A DNA stretch of 64,000 nt from Vermamoeba vermiformis (Eukaryota), in contig JBEWZL010000056.1 in the NCBI GenBank assembly GCA_045837725.1, positions 310,001-374,000 of the forward strand, in the 5' to 3' direction. Position numbers and translations under genes: made by a program. Under the pieces are notes generated by a model. The model did not search any database, had not been told where the DNA came from, and saw nothing but the letters and a program-made list of their open reading frames with translations. This document shows positions 61,201 to 64,000 of this stretch, piece by piece (the stretch's first letter is position 1; each line of letters opens with the position of its first letter).

Positions 61201-62262
61201 GGTGTCAATTCTTACCATACTGTAATTTACAGGAAGCAGATCTGGCGTCAGAGCGATCAAGTATTCGTATCAATGCTAAATGAAGTTCGCATGGGTCAGA
61301 TCTCGGATGAGACCTTCGAGCGACTGATGCAGTGCAGGAACACTCAATTTGACGAGAGTGACGGTATTAAACCCACCATGTTATGTGAGTACTATCATTC
61401 TGTAAAGTTGTACTAATCCGTCCGAAAATAGATCCACACAAAGTGTTTGTGGAGCAACAAAACAATCAACGACTTAATGAACTAGAAGGCGAGATAGAAG
61501 AGTTCAAAGCGCGTGACCATGAAACCTATGTGAATGGCAAGTACCTCGAAGGGCTGCGCAAAAATTGTCCGGCACCCGAGGTACTGCAGCTAAAGATAGG
61601 CGCGCAGGTAATTAATTTCTCCGATTAGCTTTATTTGGCAATTGTTCTTAATAAATTAACGTGCATTTACAGGTGATGCTTCTCAAGAATTTGAATTTCG
61701 ATCGAGAACTAGTTAACGGTGCACGAGGAAAAGTGATTGGCTTTGATGTGGATGCAAAGACCAAGGAAAAGTACCCGATCGTACTGTTCACCTCAAAACA
61801 GACCCAAGTTATCAAGTAGGTCCTACTAGCATTGCTTTGTGAATTTAATATATTTTTGTAGGCCTGAAAAGTGGAGTGTAATGCTAGGCAGTAAGGAAGT
61901 TGCATGGCGCGAGCAGATTCCCCTCACTCTTGCTTGGGCTATGAGCATCCACAAAAGTCAAGGCATGACCATTGATCGAGTTGAAATGGACCTTAGTAAT
62001 GTATTTGCTGCTGGACAAGCCTATGTGGTACGTTTCGGAAAGTCTATTAGTCGATCGTAAATTAAAGCAATGTTTTGTTTAGGCGTTGAGTCGAGCAACA
62101 AGCTTATCAGTACGTAATAATTAATTATTTTTGACGTAAGTAGAGTCTAGCGATTAATTCAAATTCAAGGGATTGAAGTTGCTCGGAACAATTGATCGAA
62201 CGAAGATCAGGTCGTCGTCAGCAGTTGTGCAGTTCTACGCCCAATTAAAAACCCTTTCTTAG
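58280..62262 (+). CDS. PIF1: PIF1-family 5'-3' DNA helicase with long N-terminal extension
   Basis: [81 protein letters not shown] and GQAYV|ALSRA. Confidence 0.93.
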
Positions 62263-62651
62263 GGATCACATTGTAAATAGTTCCAATTGTACAGACAAAA
62301 GAAGTATCTTTCGGCTCCCACAATTCCACTTTTAGCTCACCACGTGCGGCAATCACTTGTGTATTTCAATTTTTTCCCTAGTTTGGTAACCAGTCACCAC
62401 GTTTCCCGGCAGCAACGCAACATCTTATTGAAGTTGAATGGAAGATATTGTTTAATTATATTATTACCACCCATAATTGATCAACGTTGCAACAATGTTT
62501 AAAGCTTTAAAAGCAGGTCGTAGACGATCTTCTCCAGGTACCTATTTATGTATACAATTGATTTCGTTATATAATTATTGGCCAAGAGGACCCTTATTTT
62601 CATATTTTATGTACTAATTTTGCGGTTTATTAATAATGCCTCTCTTGCGCA

Positions 62652-64000
62652 GCATTCGGTTCTCTAAAGAATCAAGCAGAAGCCTTATTACGAAAGTTAC
62701 AACTACGAGTGTCCGAAGGAGTTGGGCCTCAAACAATTGTCAAACTGTATAACGTAAGCGAAGCGAATCTGCGATCCTCCGATCTTTGTAGGTCTGACGA
62801 AACCTTTTAGATACTCACAAAATGGAATATACTATCAACTCACGGAGAGGAATCAATTCTAGCTTTAAAGCAGACTCTTAAACAATTGGGACGCAGCCTG
62901 GATGCGTGCGAAAAACAAACTGAATTGACGACTATCCACAGTTGTTTAGAAGAGGCGGTGAAGGTACTATTAACTACCCCTTTGATTCGTTTTCGTTATT
63001 TTACCACCGATAATTGCAAACGTAGACTAATATTCGCGTTACAGAATTGCCGTCAAGAAGGTATGTTGGGCTCTCTCGCTGAAAGTGAAGAGGACGGAGA
63101 TGCAGGAGAGGGTAAGTCGTGCCATTAATACCGCGATTGCAGGGTAAACGCGTTTTCTTTATTTTTGCCAACGTGTTACATGTAGATTCTAAATCTGGAG
63201 AAGAGTTAAGCCACCCAAAATCAGCACCTGCACTGACTGGGGGCAATAAGGAATATATTCGAGTATACATCAATTCAGATACCACGTTCCGGAGCTTCGT
63301 TGTAGCCTCGGAAGAGACCGTGCGAGAATTTTTGCAAAGAATAGCTCCCAAGCTCTCTTTATCAGACGATTATAATGAAGGTAAGCGTAATTTTAAAATG
63401 CTAATTCCGAAATCGAGGCGCGATAATTCGCCTGGTTTCGCATCCGTTCACCACTCAAGTCCTGTCATGTCTAAAATAGGAAAATTATCAAGCTTGTGCG
63501 TGTGTCATGTCATTCTCGTTAGTCGTAGGCCTGTCAACGAATTCGCATATTATAATGACCTAATCTGTTGTTATGTTGCGCTTAATATTTCGGAATCAAT
63601 CCATTTCAGACGTTCACTCGTCCGCGTGGAGCGTATCCAAATTTTCTTTTTTTAATTTTATGTTGAATCAGCCTCCTTTATATCTAACCATTTCTATACG
63701 GACGGTGGTGTTTGGTTTTGCGGAGTTAGGCGGCTTAAATCACGCGAATGTCACTTATCGGCAATTTTCCAAAACAGTTTTGTTCGTTTGTCTTCCTTTT
63801 TTCACTTTCTAACCGAGTGAATGCAACAGGTTGCGAGTTGTTCCTCGTCAATACCAAAACGCAAAGCGAGGAGCTGATCGCAATGGATGACAAGCCTGCT
63901 AAACTCAAGCGCTCCATCAGCGCCAGCGGATCTGGAAAGTTTATGCTTAAAAGCAAAGTTAAGACCGACGAACCAAAGAGCAGTACAATACATCGCTCGA
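62652..64000 (+). CDS. Ras-association (RA/ubiquitin-like) domain protein, partial; start uncertain, runs off the window end
   Basis: Spliced YIRVYINSDTTFRSFVVASEETVREFLQRIAPKLSLSDDYNE|GCELFLVN...EELIAMDDKP...KFMLK fits an RA domain pattern. Confidence 0.55.

Noticed and set aside
58280-62262. PIF1 as part of a Helitron
   Set aside because: No HUH Rep domain or Helitron termini seen. The intron-rich gene looks like a cellular PIF1.

Overview
Gene-dense eukaryotic (protist, probably amoebozoan-like) nuclear DNA. It has many short GT-AG introns (mostly about 40-60 nt) and short AT-rich intergenic spacers. About 25 host protein genes can be assembled by eye: partial MRNIP, an F-box protein, a TALE homeobox gene, a THAP-like protein, a Myb/U-box protein, an Ntn asparaginase, RPS17, SAM synthetase, exportin-T, USP39, PHF5A, KBL/GCAT, an AlaX-S-like protein, threonine dehydrogenase, a MACPF protein, BolA, RP9, LSD1-like, FOL1, PTPA, a CAR-like fusion, importin-9, a PPR protein, DD3-3, PIF1 and a partial RA-domain protein. 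Five things stand out. (1) A ~6.06-kb DNA transposon (26869-32931; 52-bp imperfect TIRs, GTT duplication, 19-bp subterminal repeats) carries a Sola1/DUF7869-type DDD transposase plus an intact TET/JBP-like 2OG-Fe(II) dioxygenase, and is CpG-depleted except over the TET gene. (2) A compact threonine-catabolism cluster (KBL + TDH) sandwiches an archaeal-type AlaX-S tRNA-editing homolog with a degenerate Zn site. (3) A small GTPase-ZZ finger-carboxylic acid reductase (A-T-R) fusion gene. (4) A U12-type AT-AC intron in importin-9. (5) Coding and intronic DNA saturated with CACGTG, CArG, MEF2 and TGACAG-type palindromes. Gene models and family calls come from manual reading and motif recognition, not database searches, and exon boundaries are approximate where stated.
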